Assembly (NCBI RefSeq): GCF_006345805.1 | Contig: NC_043006.1 | Span: 33,666,001 to 33,730,000 of the forward strand | Length of the DNA stretch: 64,000 bases | Origin: Octopus sinensis | Lineage: Eukaryota | Direction of reading: 5' to 3' | Shown here: in pieces, positions 63,064 to 64,000 of the stretch | Position numbering within the stretch: the stretch's first letter is position 1 | How the letters are laid out: every line of letters begins with the position of its first letter | Program-made: the position numbers and the translations under genes | The notes under the pieces: model-generated | Database searches by the model: none | What the model was told of the DNA's origin: nothing | What the model saw: only the letters and a program-made list of their open reading frames with translations

Positions 63064-63102
<39 letters not shown>

Positions 63103-63310
63103 TACATACATATATACACATAAACATATATATATATTATATATATATATATATAGATTATCATTATCTTTTAACATCCAATGTCCATGTTGGCATGGGT
63201 TGGGCGATTTGACTAGGATTGGTAAGCTGGAAGGCTGCACCAGACTCCAGTCTGATTTGGCATGGTTTTCTATGGCTGGATGCCCTTCCTAATGTCAACC
63301 ACTCCAAGAG
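62877..63310. mobile_element. SINE A 5' half (+, 62877-63040) and SINE C 3' part (-, 63160-63310)
   Basis: Diagnostic motifs. Confidence 0.85.
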
Positions 63311-63814
63311 TATAAGATATATATATATATATATTATTTATCTTCAGGTAAATGGTGAACTCTAAATGAGGAAACTTATAAAAGCTATCCCAGCCATGCC
63401 AATTCCATCTATTTCCTATATATATATACGATACCCATGACACATCCAACACATCCTTTTCTAAAACTACAGAGTTCAGTTAGAGGAAGTTGTGGTTACT
63501 ATTTCTAGCAGATGAAGCAACCGTGTAAAGACACTTGGTCAATGTTCTCAACTTCCACACTAAATCTATGTTCATGAACTAATGCAAGGAACCATTATTA
63601 GAATTTCTAAAAGACTTCTAAAGGCATTTGCTCAATCAGTGGAATTGGCAGTCACACTGAATTTAACTTCGTCTTTCATCCTTTTGAGGTCAATAACACC
63701 AGCGCCAGTCACATACTAGGCAGGATGGGCATGGATGGAATCAAAAGTTCTTCCATAAAAGATGTATTTACTTTGTTCTAGGTTAGTAAAGGTTATTGCC
63801 GTTGATGGGATGAA

Positions 63815-63885
63815 AATGACTGAAGGTGAATGATGAGAATGACTGAAGGTGAATGATGAAAACGACTGAAGGTGAATGATGAAAA
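63815..63885. repeat. 23-bp tandem repeat x3
   Basis: gactgaaggtgaatgatga(g/a)aa repeated. Confidence 0.85.
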
Positions 63886-64000
63886 TGAAAGCAGTCAACG
63901 TATGCACACACACACACACACACGTGTGTGTATGCATGTATGTATGAACTTTAAAAAAGTGATAGAGCACACACACACACACACACATGCAAGTACGCAT

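Overview
Gene-free, AT-rich, repeat-saturated eukaryotic DNA, most likely intronic or intergenic sequence of an octopod cephalopod. That assignment comes from recalled SINE families and microsatellite density and is not verified. No host protein-coding exon can be supported. Nearly all listed ORFs are microsatellite or SINE artefacts. Real coding remnants are all from transposons: CR1 RT (27.3-28.1 kb), two RTE RT fragments, an R4/Dong C-terminus, two HERO-like C-termini, and mariner/Tc1 transposase pieces. The window holds dozens of copies of several SINE families, non-autonomous Helitrons, hAT, mariner and piggyBac-type MITEs, a 1.7-kb minisatellite seeded by a SINE, and two long fold-backs. 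The main find is a set of minimal type-I hammerhead ribozyme motifs. One lies in a ~275-bp unit with a tRNA-like Pol III head (935-1209, second partial copy at 37.4 kb), a candidate ribozyme-bearing SINE or retrozyme. Another is an intact minimal hammerhead in a Penelope pLTR-like fragment at 26.4 kb. Repeat boundaries were read by eye and are approximate unless TSD/TIR positions are quoted. SINE family letters (A, B, C, E, F) are my own labels.
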